A stretch of DNA of 64,000 bases from Myxococcota bacterium. Its GTDB lineage: Bacteria; Myxococcota_A; UBA9160. The notes under the pieces are model-generated. The model did no database searches, was not told the origin of the DNA, and saw nothing but the letters and a program-made list of their open reading frames with translations. Location of the stretch: the NCBI GenBank assembly GCA_033853555.1, contig JAWOLJ010000066.1:22044-86043 (forward strand). The letters are read 5' to 3'. Below, piece by piece: positions 11,054 to 20,165 of the stretch. The position numbers and the translations under genes are program-made. Positions within the stretch are counted from its first letter, which is position 1. Each line of letters starts with the position of its first letter.

Positions 11054-11754
11054 CGGGGCGCGAGCGCGTCGAGGGTCGCGCGCACGGCGCGGGCCAGGGC
11101 GAGCGCCCCCGGCGTGTCGCCGTGGAGGCAGAGGGTCTCGAACTCCCCGCTCTCCGCGAAGGCCCGCGCCTGGGCGGCGACGGCGGCAGGATCCACCAGG
11201 AGCGCGCCCGGCTCGCTCCGCGGCACCAGGCGCCAGCGTCCGCCTTCCCGGCGCATGGCGCGGTCGGCAAAGCCCTCGCGAGCGAAGGCGACACCGCGAG
11301 CCGCCGCCGCCGCGGCCAGCGCGCCGCCGGCCGGCCCGACCAGCGTCGCCTCGGCGCCGAGGGCGTGCAGCGCACCCTCCAGCACGGCCTCGGCCAGCGC
11401 CGGATCGGCGTCGGCGGCGTGGTAGAGCGCGCCGTGGGGCTTCACGCTGGTGAGCCGGATCTCGGCGCGCCGCGCCAGCGCGGCCAGCCGGGCGCACTGC
11501 TCCTCCACGGTCGCCGCCAACGCGGCCGGCCGGAGCTCGAGCGTGCGGCGGCCGAAGCCCTCGCGATCCGGGTAGCTCGGATGCGCTCCGGCACGGGTCC
11601 CGTGGCGGCGGCAGCGCGCCAGCGACTCCGCCATCGAGGCCTCGTCGCCGGCGTGCCCACCGCAGGCCAGATGGGCGAGATCCGCACAGGCGTAGAGCGC
11701 TTCGGGCTCGTCGGGAAGCTCGCCGAGGTCGAGGTTCAGGAGCACGCGCCCCAC
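11050..11754 (-). CDS. pxpA: 5-oxoprolinase subunit A (LamB/YcsF family)
   Basis: MGRVLLNLDLGELPDEPEALYACADLAHLACGGHAGD...TSVKPHGALYH...CLHGDTPGALALA: LamB/YcsF signature. Confidence 0.85.
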   Translation of the reverse strand: MGRVLLNLDLGELPDEPEALYACADLAHLACGGHAGDEASMAESLARCRRHGTRAGAHPSYPDREGFGRRTLELRPAALAATVEEQCARLAALARRAEIRLTSVKPHGALYHAADADPALAEAVLEGALHALGAEATLVGPAGGALAAAAAARGVAFAREGFADRAMRREGGRWRLVPRSEPGALLVDPAAVAAQARAFAESGEFETLCLHGDTPGALALARAVRATLDALAPR

Positions 11755-11839
11755 GCCGGCAGGGTACCGCGTGGGGCGCCAGGGCAGCCGGCCCGGGCGC
11801 GGAGATGCGCCGGTCCGGGCGGGGGCCGGGCGGCTCGAG

Positions 11840-12580
11840 TCAGCGCGCTCCGCGCCGCCGGCGGCCCGTCACGGCGAGACCCCCCAGGCCGGCTGCGAAG
11901 AGGAGCAGCGTTCCCGGCTCCGGCACGGTCGCCACGATCGAGTCGAGCTGCGCGTCGAGGGACGCCACGTTCGCGCCGAAGATCCCCACCGAGATCGCGC
12001 CCACGTTCTGGAAGTTCGCACCCGTCCCGCTGTCGGCCAGGAACGAGCTGAACGGGATGTCGATCGCGGTGAAGGGCGTGTTGCCGAAGCCCTGGCCGGG
12101 AAGGTTCACCACCGCGGTCGAGAAGTTCGAGCCGTCGGTGTACACCGTGATGGTGAGGGGAGCCACCAGATCCGAGCGCGCGAGGACCTGGATCACGCTG
12201 TTGCTGCCGGCGCTGGTGAGGTCCACGCCGCCGAGCCCGGTCGGCGTGAGCACGTTGTCCGTGCCGCCGTCGTAGGTGATGCGGGCGGAGACCGCGTCCG
12301 CCGCAGCGGAGCTCAGGTCGAGGAGGCCGAAGCCGCCGCCGTTCGCGGTCAACGTGTCCGTGCCGTAGCCCGAGACGCGGCTCAGCCGCATGAAGCGCGC
12401 GCCCCCGATGGCGCTGCTGGCCGAGACGCCCCCGGCGCTCTCCAGCGGGCCGTTCCCGCCGCTCACCGTGAGCGACTGATCGTTGCTGAAGTCGTCGATC
12501 ACGATCGGCGTGGCGGAGGCCGAGCCCGCGAGAACGATCCCGAGCCCGACGGCGAGCAATCCGTGGGTGCGCAATTGCAT
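11840..12580 (-). CDS. PEP-CTERM sorting-domain secreted protein (exosortase substrate)
   Basis: Signal peptide MQLRTHGLLAVGLGIVLAGSASA, Gly/Ser/Thr-rich body, C-terminal VPEPGTLLLFAAGLGGLAVTGRRRRGAR (PEP motif + TM + Arg cluster). Confidence 0.8.
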   Translation of the reverse strand: MQLRTHGLLAVGLGIVLAGSASATPIVIDDFSNDQSLTVSGGNGPLESAGGVSASSAIGGARFMRLSRVSGYGTDTLTANGGGFGLLDLSSAAADAVSARITYDGGTDNVLTPTGLGGVDLTSAGSNSVIQVLARSDLVAPLTITVYTDGSNFSTAVVNLPGQGFGNTPFTAIDIPFSSFLADSGTGANFQNVGAISVGIFGANVASLDAQLDSIVATVPEPGTLLLFAAGLGGLAVTGRRRRGAR

Positions 12581-12723
12581 GGACACTCCCTCCAGGTGCA
12601 AGGCGCGATCCGGCACGATCGAGCGCGTCTCGTAGGGGAGGTGGTCGCCGGCAGGCGGTTGTGTCAGAAGACCCTGAGCCCTTTCGAAAAGCTCCGGGGG
12701 ATCGAGGGCTTGGCGGGATGGGC

Positions 12724-13338
12724 TCAGGCCTCGCGGACCGCGCGGGCCCGCTTGCGGGCCGCCCAGCGGGAGAGCACGAGGCGCGTGGTCTCCGGGGTCT
12801 GGATCCCGCCGAACGGCCATTCGTCGAGCATCAGCGTGGGGACGCCCGTCACGCTCTCCTCCGCGGCGAGGAGGGTCCGGACGGAGAGCTCCTCCCGGGC
12901 GCGCGAGAGCCGCTCGGACCCGAGCTCGAGGCCGAGATCGCGACCCAGCGCCTCGATGGTGCCCACGGCACCCGGGTCGCGACCCTCCTCGAAGACGGCG
13001 CTCCATACCCGTTCGCGGAAGGCCGCCTCGCGGGCGGGATCGCCGGCGAGCGCGAGCGCCGCGCCGAGCGCGTCGCGCGAATCGAGCCACACCGGCGGGA
13101 TGCGCACCTCCACTCCCAGCTCGCGCGCCACCCGCTCCGCGTTGGCGCGCCGCTCGTCGGGGACCCGGCCGCCGCGCGGCCAGCGCAGGAGCTGCGCCAG
13201 ATCCAGCGGACACCAGCAGAGCGCGATCCCGAGCGCCTCGAGCTCGTGCGCCATGCCACCCAGCACGCGGTGCGCGACGTAGCAGAGAGTGGAGGCGAAG
13301 TCGTAGTGCACCCGCACCTGGAGCGGCTCGAGCCCCAT
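12724..13338 (-). CDS. DsbA-family thioredoxin-fold protein (2-hydroxychromene-2-carboxylate isomerase/DsbA-like)
   Basis: MGLEPLQVRVHYDFASTLCYVAHRVL... has an N-terminal Cys motif in a thioredoxin-like context. 204 aa, typical size. Confidence 0.65.
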   Translation of the reverse strand: MGLEPLQVRVHYDFASTLCYVAHRVLGGMAHELEALGIALCWCPLDLAQLLRWPRGGRVPDERRANAERVARELGVEVRIPPVWLDSRDALGAALALAGDPAREAAFRERVWSAVFEEGRDPGAVGTIEALGRDLGLELGSERLSRAREELSVRTLLAAEESVTGVPTLMLDEWPFGGIQTPETTRLVLSRWAARKRARAVREA

Positions 13339-13372
13339 CCCGCTCCTCCCGTCGCGGGCGCAGCCGCGCGGG

Positions 13373-15085
13373 CTACTCCCGCGCGTAGCGCGCCATCTCG
13401 TCCTTGAGCTGGCGCTTCAGGATCTTCCCGTTGGGATTGCGCGGCAAGGGCTCGCGCCGGAGCTCGATCTTCACCGGCACCTTGAAGCCGGCCAGGTGAG
13501 CGGCCACGTGGTCCTGGAGCTCGCGCTCCGTCACCTCCCGGCCGGGCGCCAGCTGCACCACCGCGCCGACCTCCTCGCCGAGCACGCGATGGGGGATTCC
13601 CACCACCGCGGCGTCCATCACCGCGGGATGGTCGTAGAGCACCGATTCCACCTCGACGCAGTACACGTTCTCGCCGCCCCGGATCAGCATGTCCTTGGCG
13701 CGGTCGGCGATGTAGAGGAAGCCCTCCTCGTCCACCCGGCCGAGGTCTCCCGAGTGCAGCCAGCCGTCCGTGAAGGTCTCGGCGGTGGCCTCGGGCTTCT
13801 TCCAGTAGCCCTTCACCACGTTCGGCCCCTTGATCCATACCTCGCCGATCTGGCCCACCGGCACCTCGCGGCCCTTCTCGTCGACGATCTTCACCTCGCA
13901 GATCGGCACCGGCACGCCCACGCTGTCGGGCTTGCGCACGTAGTCCTCGCCGCCATTCATCGTGGTGACGGACGACGTCTCGGTCAGGCCGTAGCCCTGA
14001 CCGGGGGAGACCTTCGGGAAGGACTCCTTGATGCGCCGCACCAGCTCCGGCGCCGCCGGCGCGCCGCCGTAGCCGACGCTGGTCACGCTCGAGAGATCGT
14101 GCCTGGCGAAGCTCGACGACTCGAGCACCTGCCACACCATCGCCGGTACGCCGCCGAACGCGCTGATGCGCTCGCGCTCGATCAGCTCGATCGCCCGCTC
14201 GGGATCCCACTTGTACATCATCACCAGCTTGCCGCCGAAGGCGAGGTTGGCGCAGAGGATCGAGTGGCAGCCCGTGGCGTGGAAGAAGGGCACGGAGAGG
14301 AGCTGCGCGCTCTGGGGCCGCGGCGCGCCCAGCGCGGGCATCGGCTCCCCGCTGCGAATCGTCGTCCGCACCGCGGAGAACGCCAGCGACACGAGGTTGG
14401 TGCAGATGTTGCGATGGGTGCCGAGAGCGCCCTTCGGCCGCCCGGTGGTGCCCGAGGTATAGAAGAGGGTCGCGTCGTCGTCGGGCTCCAGCGTGACCGG
14501 CGGGAGCGTGACGTCGGGCGCGGGCGCGCCGAGCACGTCCTCGAAGCGCAGGAGCTCGGGTGCGATGGGCTCGTCGCCCGAGCGCGCCACCACGACGTGG
14601 CGCAGCTCCCGGAGGCGCTCCAGGTGCGGCGCCAGCCGCGCGGCACGCTCGGCATCGGCGAAGAGCACGAGGCTCCCGGAGTCGGCGAGGCCGTACTCGA
14701 GCTCGTCGCCGGTCCACCAGGCGTTGAGCGGCACCACCACGGCACCCGCCGCCGCCGCCCCCCAGAACGCGATCGACCACTCGGGGAAGTTGCGCATGGC
14801 GATCGCCACCCGATCTCCCTTGCGCACGCCGAAGCGGCCGACCAGCGCGTGCGCGATCTGCGCACTGGCGCGGAAGTGCTCCTGGAAGCTCAGGCGCTCG
14901 TCCTCGTAGACGAGGAAGGGCTTCTCGCCGTGCAGGCGCGAGAGCTCGAGCACCACGCGCAGCGAGGCGGGCGCGGCCTTCCACACTCGCATGCGCTGGC
15001 CCAGCACCTCGCGTTCCTCGGTCTCGAAGGGGCCGCCAGGGGCGGTCAGCGTGCGGTGGACCTCGGCGACGGACGGCACGGCCAT
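13373..15085 (-). CDS. AMP-dependent synthetase/ligase (long-chain fatty-acid-CoA ligase-like)
   Basis: LFYTSGTTGRPKGALGTHRNI (AMP-binding motif I), ...GYGLTETSSV..., GDLGRVDEEGFLYIADRAKDMLIRGGENVY, ...PRNPNGKILKRQL. Confidence 0.85.
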   Translation of the reverse strand: MAVPSVAEVHRTLTAPGGPFETEEREVLGQRMRVWKAAPASLRVVLELSRLHGEKPFLVYEDERLSFQEHFRASAQIAHALVGRFGVRKGDRVAIAMRNFPEWSIAFWGAAAAGAVVVPLNAWWTGDELEYGLADSGSLVLFADAERAARLAPHLERLRELRHVVVARSGDEPIAPELLRFEDVLGAPAPDVTLPPVTLEPDDDATLFYTSGTTGRPKGALGTHRNICTNLVSLAFSAVRTTIRSGEPMPALGAPRPQSAQLLSVPFFHATGCHSILCANLAFGGKLVMMYKWDPERAIELIERERISAFGGVPAMVWQVLESSSFARHDLSSVTSVGYGGAPAAPELVRRIKESFPKVSPGQGYGLTETSSVTTMNGGEDYVRKPDSVGVPVPICEVKIVDEKGREVPVGQIGEVWIKGPNVVKGYWKKPEATAETFTDGWLHSGDLGRVDEEGFLYIADRAKDMLIRGGENVYCVEVESVLYDHPAVMDAAVVGIPHRVLGEEVGAVVQLAPGREVTERELQDHVAAHLAGFKVPVKIELRREPLPRNPNGKILKRQLKDEMARYARE

Positions 15086-15298
15086 GGGAGCTCCTTCGGG
15101 TCCGGCAGCGCGAGGGCGCCGCGGCGACCGGGCAGGTTACCGCGCCGGAGGGCCCGGCGGCACGCTCATCGCCTCCCCGCCCCTCCAGCGCAGGGCGGCC
15201 TCGCGGAGTGGCGTCCCGGCGGCGAGGCTCCATACTGCGCGCCGCCGGCGTGATCGCCGCCGCCGGCCCGCCACCGGCCGGGCCGCAAGGAGGCCCCG

Positions 15299-16204
15299 AT
15301 GCCCGCGCTCCCCGCCGTCGCCCTCGCCGCCATGCCCGGGCGCCGCCGCGCCACCCTCGAGCTCGCGCGCGAGCTCGAGAAGCGTGGCTTCGACGGCGTC
15401 TACTGCGCGAGCTTCGGCGACGCGCTCGGGCTCTGCCTCTCGCTCGCCCACGTGACCACGACACTCCGCTTCGGCACGGCGATCGCCAACATCTACTCGC
15501 GCACGGCCTTCGACATGGCGCAGTCCGCGGCCTACCTGCACGAGGTGAGCGGAGGGCGCTTCCGGCTCGGGCTCGGGGTGAGCCACGCCTCCTTCAATGC
15601 CCGCCTCGGCGTCGCCGCCGGTCGGCCCCTCGGCGACATGCGCAGCTACGTGGAGCGCCTACGCGCCGCCTCGGCCCAGGTGGGCGAGCTGCCGCCGCTC
15701 GTGCTGGCGGCGCTGCGACAGAAGATGGTGTCGCTCGCGGCCGAGCTGGCCGAGGGCGTCGTCTTCGCCAACGTCGCGCGGAGCCACATGAAGGCCTCGT
15801 TGGAGGCGATCCCCGCCGAGCGCCGCGCGGCGGGCTTCTTCGTCGGCGACATGATCCCGACCTGCATCGCCGACGACCGGGCCGCCGCCGCGGCGGTGAA
15901 CCGCAAGACCCTGAGCGCCTATCTCCAGCTCCCGAACTACCGCAACTACTGGAAGGAGGCGGGCTACCTGGAGGAGATGGAGGCAGTGGAGCGCGCGCTC
16001 GCGGCGGGCGAGCGCGAGCGCCTCCCCGGCCTGATGAGCGAGCGCTGGCTCGCGGACTGCACGCTGCATGGCCCGGCCTCGGCGGTGCGGGACGGGCTCG
16101 AGGCCTGGCGCGAGGCGGGAGTCACCACGCCGATCGTGGTGCCCTCGTCCACCCGGGGCGGCCAGATGAAGGCCTTCGAGGAGCTCCTCGCGGCCTTCGC
16201 CTGA
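15299..16204 (+). CDS. LLM-class flavin/F420-dependent oxidoreductase (luciferase-like monooxygenase family)
   Basis: Family-level resemblance over 301 aa: ...RGFDGVYCASFGDALGLCLSLAHVTTTLRFGTAIANIYSRTAFDMAQSAAYLHEVSGGRFRLGLGVSH... TIM-barrel LLM pattern. Confidence 0.75.
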   Translation: MPALPAVALAAMPGRRRATLELARELEKRGFDGVYCASFGDALGLCLSLAHVTTTLRFGTAIANIYSRTAFDMAQSAAYLHEVSGGRFRLGLGVSHASFNARLGVAAGRPLGDMRSYVERLRAASAQVGELPPLVLAALRQKMVSLAAELAEGVVFANVARSHMKASLEAIPAERRAAGFFVGDMIPTCIADDRAAAAAVNRKTLSAYLQLPNYRNYWKEAGYLEEMEAVERALAAGERERLPGLMSERWLADCTLHGPASAVRDGLEAWREAGVTTPIVVPSSTRGGQMKAFEELLAAFA

Positions 16205-16253
16205 GGGTTTTCCCTTCACCCGAGCCTCAGGCCGACCGACGAAGAGTGGAGGG

Positions 16254-16270
16254 GCACCGGACGCCGGTGC
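16254..16270 (+). terminator. Putative intrinsic terminator hairpin downstream of the LLM oxidoreductase
   Basis: GCACCGG-acg-CCGGTGC, perfect 7-bp stem about 50 nt after stop 16204. No clear U-tract, as is common in high-GC genomes. Confidence 0.3.
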
Positions 16271-16322
16271 CGGGCGAGCCGGACCCTGCGAAGGGGCCCG
16301 CCTCGGAGCCTGGGACGACGCG

Positions 16323-16601
16323 GTGACACCCGTCATCCGGGCCAGGGAGGGCGTAGCGATGCCGCTCCAGGACGGGTGGGTGCAGCAGGGGACGACCTGG
16401 CTGCATCCCCAGATTCCCTTCTACGTGGTCGAGGACGACGTTCCGGAGGTCGTCAGCAAGGGCCGACGGTCCGGCGTCGAGTACCACGTGGTGCGCGGCG
16501 GTGGCGACGCCACCGCGGGCTTCCCGCTGGCGACCTTCTCCACCCTGGCCGAGGCGCTCGGCGAGGCCGAGCGCCGCGCCCGCGACATCGAGCCGGAATA
16601 G
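16323..16601 (+). CDS. Hypothetical small protein (92 aa)
   Basis: ORF with balanced, non-repetitive composition (MTPVIRAREGVAMPLQDGWVQQGTTWLHPQIPFYVVEDD...) in an otherwise empty gap. No recognisable family. Confidence 0.35.
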   Translation: MTPVIRAREGVAMPLQDGWVQQGTTWLHPQIPFYVVEDDVPEVVSKGRRSGVEYHVVRGGGDATAGFPLATFSTLAEALGEAERRARDIEPE

Positions 16602-16930
16602 CGACGGGGCTTCCGCGGCGGGCGCTCAGCCCTCGTCGGCCCGGGAGGACGGGCTCGGGGGTCCGGCCCCGGGCGAATCCGGAAGCTCGAAGAAGTCCCG
16701 CATCGCGGCGAGGGCCCGGCCGTCGTCCCCCGCCGCCAGCGCACGGCGGATCTCCTCGAGCTGGCGCCGCCGCCTCTGCACCAGGGCGGCGGCCTGCGCG
16801 ATCGAGCGACGCAGATTCGGGTCGGTCACGGCGCCTCCGGTGCCACCGCGGCGTGATCATCCCACGCAGGTTTGTGTCCGCCTGATCGGACGGAGTGGCC
16901 TGCATCTGTAGCGCTCGGCGCTCCCGAGCC

Positions 16931-17488
16931 CTAGGCCTCACCCGGCGGGCGCAGGCCGCGGCGCTGCGCCCGCGCGACCAGCAGGCCCGCCATCGCCAGC
17001 GCCGCCAGCGCGTTGGCGAGGCTCACCTGGCGAAGGCCGAAGAGCCGCAGCGCGCCGCGCCCGGCGAAGGCGTCGAAGCAGACGAAGATCACCTGGAAGC
17101 CGACGAAGAGGAGGCACGCCAGCACGAGGCCGCGCCAGGCGAGGCGCGAGCCCGGCAGCCGGGTGCCGCTCAGCAGCTCGAAGGCCGCCGTCAGGCCCAC
17201 CGCCACGAAGACAGCGCCGTGCAGCAGCGTGTAGCCCGCGACGAGCGCGGGCTCGATGGCGTGCCCTCCCGCCGGCAGCGTGCCCCGGAAGAAGAACGAG
17301 CCGAGGGCGTTGGGAGTCCAGAAGGGGCGTCCTTGCGCGAGATCGAGCGCAAGGAAGAAGAGCGCGATCGTGGTGGCGCCGACCGCGCCCGAGAGGAGCC
17401 CCTCGCTCACCCAGGGGACCTCGGCGACGTTGGGATCGACTCGCGCAGCGGCGTCTTGCCGCGCGAGCGGCTGGTCGTGCGTGCGCAT
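16931..17488 (-). CDS. Hypothetical integral membrane protein (185 aa, about 4 TM)
   Basis: ATG 17488. MRTHDQPLARQDAAARVDPNVAEVPWVSEGLLSGAVGATTIALFFLALDL... has several hydrophobic helices. Lies downstream of the carboxyltransferase on the same strand. Confidence 0.55.
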   Translation of the reverse strand: MRTHDQPLARQDAAARVDPNVAEVPWVSEGLLSGAVGATTIALFFLALDLAQGRPFWTPNALGSFFFRGTLPAGGHAIEPALVAGYTLLHGAVFVAVGLTAAFELLSGTRLPGSRLAWRGLVLACLLFVGFQVIFVCFDAFAGRGALRLFGLRQVSLANALAALAMAGLLVARAQRRGLRPPGEA

Positions 17489-17660
17489 GGCTGCCCTCCG
17501 CTCGGGCGCCGCCCCGCGACGACGTCTCGATCCGGGGGCTCGGAGCCGCGCTCCCGATGGGGCGGCCGGCCCGGGCGCGCTCTCCGCACCCCACCCTGGG
17601 ATAGCGCAGATCGCGTGCGCGGCGAGTGAAGAGGCGGCCACGCCGGCGCGCGCGCGACGC

Positions 17661-19208
17661 TCAGGGACGCATCGCGGAGCGGCTCGGGCCGGCGCGGCGA
17701 AGCGGCGCGGCCAGGTTCGCGAACTCGCAGAGCAGCGGGCGCGTCTCGCGCGGGTCGATGATCTCCTCCACCAGGAAGGCCTCGGCCGTGCGGAAGGGCG
17801 AGCGCACGCGGCCGAGCTTCGCCTCGAGCTCGGCGCGCAGCGCCGTCGGGTCCGCCGCCGCGGCGAGGTCCGCCTTGTAGGCGGCCTCGACACCCCCTTC
17901 CAACGGGAGCGATCCCCAGTCGCCCGAGGGCCAGGCGTAGCGGTACTGGAAGCGCGTGTGGTTCGAGTGCGCGGCGCCGGCCACGCCGAAGCACTTGCGG
18001 ATCAGCAGCGAGCACCAGGGCACCGTCGCCTGGTAGAGCGCGGTCAGCGCACGCGCGCCGTGCCGGATCGTGGCGGCCTGCTCGGCGGCGGTGCCGATCA
18101 GGAAGCCGGGGCAATCCACCAGGTGCACCACCGGGAGGTGGAAGGTCTCCGCGAAGTCGACGAAGCGCGTGATCTTGTGCGAGGAGTCGACGGTCCAGGC
18201 GCCGCCGTACACGTACGGATCGGAGGCGAGCACCGCGACGGGCCAGCCGTCGAGGCGCGCGAGAGCCGTGATCACCGAGCGTCCCCAAGCGCGTCCGATC
18301 TCGAAGAACGACCCGCGATCGAGCACCGCGTCCAGGATGGGTCGCATCTTGTAGACGCGCCGCCGCTCGCGCGGCACCGCGTGGAGGAGCGACTCCTCGC
18401 GCCGCGCCGGGTCGTCGGTCGGCGTCGCGCGCGGCGGGAGCGCTTCCACGGACGAGGGGAGGTAGGAGAGGAAGCGCCGGGTGCGAGCGAAGGCCTCGGC
18501 CTCGCTCGCCACCTCGTCGTCGATCGCGCCGTTGCGGGTGTGGATCGCGCTGCCGCCGAGGCCCTCCTTGTCCACCTGCTCGCCGACGCCTGCCACCACC
18601 GGGGGCCCCGCCACGAAGAGCTGGGAGAGCCCCTTCACCATGAGCGAGTAGTGGCTGGTGACGGCCCGCGCCGCGCCGAGCCCGGCGACCGGCCCGAGCG
18701 CGAGCGACACCACCGGCACCGTGCCCAGGTTCGACACCACCCAGTTCCAGCCGGGGTTCGCCGGCACGTAGGTGCGTCGCTCCATCTCGAGCGACCTGAC
18801 GGAGCCGCCGCCGCCGGTGCCTTCGATCAGCCGCACGATCGGGAGGCGCAGCTCGTTGGCCATCTGCTCGGCGGCCACCTGCTTGGCGTGGATCGAGGCG
18901 TCGGCGGCGCCGCCGCGCACCGTGAAGTCGTCGGCCGACACCACGACGGGTCGGCCGTCGATCTGCCCGCGCCCGAACAGCAGGTTCGAGGGCAAGAGCT
19001 CCAGGAGCCGTCCGTTTGCGTCGTAGCTCGCGCGGCCGGCGATGGCCCCGATCTCGTGGAAGCTCCCGGGGTCGAGGAGCGCCGCCAGGCGCTCGCGCAC
19101 GGTGAGCCGCCCGGCATCGTGCTGGCGCTTCACCTTCTCCGCTCCGCCCATGCGATGCGCCAGCGCCTGGCGCCGCGCGAGCTCCTCGATCTCGGGTTGC
19201 CAGCTCAT
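17661..19208 (-). CDS. Acyl-CoA carboxylase carboxyltransferase subunit (propionyl-CoA carboxylase beta / methylmalonyl-CoA carboxyltransferase family)
   Basis: MSWQPEIEELARRQALAHRMGGAEKVKRQHDAGRLTVRERLAALLDPGSFHEIG...VVSADDFTVRGGAAD... shows N- and C-terminal CoA-carboxyltransferase domains. ATG 19208. Confidence 0.85.
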   Translation of the reverse strand: MSWQPEIEELARRQALAHRMGGAEKVKRQHDAGRLTVRERLAALLDPGSFHEIGAIAGRASYDANGRLLELLPSNLLFGRGQIDGRPVVVSADDFTVRGGAADASIHAKQVAAEQMANELRLPIVRLIEGTGGGGSVRSLEMERRTYVPANPGWNWVVSNLGTVPVVSLALGPVAGLGAARAVTSHYSLMVKGLSQLFVAGPPVVAGVGEQVDKEGLGGSAIHTRNGAIDDEVASEAEAFARTRRFLSYLPSSVEALPPRATPTDDPARREESLLHAVPRERRRVYKMRPILDAVLDRGSFFEIGRAWGRSVITALARLDGWPVAVLASDPYVYGGAWTVDSSHKITRFVDFAETFHLPVVHLVDCPGFLIGTAAEQAATIRHGARALTALYQATVPWCSLLIRKCFGVAGAAHSNHTRFQYRYAWPSGDWGSLPLEGGVEAAYKADLAAAADPTALRAELEAKLGRVRSPFRTAEAFLVEEIIDPRETRPLLCEFANLAAPLRRAGPSRSAMRP

Positions 19209-19288
19209 GAGCCCTCCCTGCCTCCGCCGGACCCCGCGCGGGGCGGCGCGGCCGCCGCGTATACTCGCGCGCCGGAGGGGGACCGGCG

Positions 19289-20131
19289 ATGGGCGAGACG
19301 CGGCGCGTGGCGGAGGGTCTCGTCTTCGGCGAGGGGCTGCGCTGGCGGGAAGGCCGGCTCTACCTCTCGGACCTGCACGACCGCAGGGTGCTCGTTCTCC
19401 GGCCCGACGGCGCCCTCGAGGAGGTGGCACGCGTCGAGACCCGGCCCTCCGGCCTGGGCTGGCTGCCGGATGGACGGCTGCTGGTGGTCTCGATGCGCGA
19501 CCGGAGGCTGCTGCGCCTGGAGGGCGGCCGCCTCGTGCTCCACGCCGATCTCTCCGGCCTCGCTTCCTTCGATTGCAACGACATGGTGGTGGGGCCGACG
19601 GGCCGCGCCTACGTCGGGAACTTCGGCTTCGATCTCTTCGCCGGCGCGCCCCAGCGCACGGCCGAGCTCGTCGCCGTGGAGCCCGATGGTCGGGCGCGGA
19701 TCGTCGCCGCGGATCTCGTGTTCCCGAACGGCGTGGTGCTGACGCCCGACGGGCGCACGCTGGTGGTGGCGGAGTCGTTCGGCTCGCGGCTCACGGCCTT
19801 CGACGTGTCGGACGACGGCGGTCTCGCGCGCCGGCGCGTCTGGGCGGAGATCGAAGGGATGGTGCCGGACGGGATCGCGCTCGACGCCGAGGGCGCGATC
19901 TGGGTGACCTCGCCCGCCGCCGGCGAGCTCCTGCGGGTGCACGAGGGCGGGCGCGTCTCCGTGCGCGTGCGACCCGATCAGCCGCCCTACGCCTGCGCCC
20001 TGGGCGGGCCGGGGCGGCGCACGCTCTACGTGGCGACCGCGCCCAGCCATCAGCCGGACGAGGCGCTCGCCCGACGCGCCGGCTGCATCGAGGCGCTGGA
20101 TGCCCCGGCGCCCGGAGTCGGCTGGCCGTGA
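19289..20131 (+). CDS. SMP-30/gluconolactonase/LRE-family beta-propeller hydrolase
   Basis: ...AEGLVFGEGLRWREGRLYLSDLHDRRVLVLRPDG...VVGPTGRAYVGNFGFD...FPNGVVLTPDGRTLVVAESFGSRLTAFDV...PDGIALDAEGAIWVT. Confidence 0.8.
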   Translation: MGETRRVAEGLVFGEGLRWREGRLYLSDLHDRRVLVLRPDGALEEVARVETRPSGLGWLPDGRLLVVSMRDRRLLRLEGGRLVLHADLSGLASFDCNDMVVGPTGRAYVGNFGFDLFAGAPQRTAELVAVEPDGRARIVAADLVFPNGVVLTPDGRTLVVAESFGSRLTAFDVSDDGGLARRRVWAEIEGMVPDGIALDAEGAIWVTSPAAGELLRVHEGGRVSVRVRPDQPPYACALGGPGRRTLYVATAPSHQPDEALARRAGCIEALDAPAPGVGWP

Positions 20132-20165
20132 CCACGGCGCGCCGCACGCGCGCTGCAGACACCGC

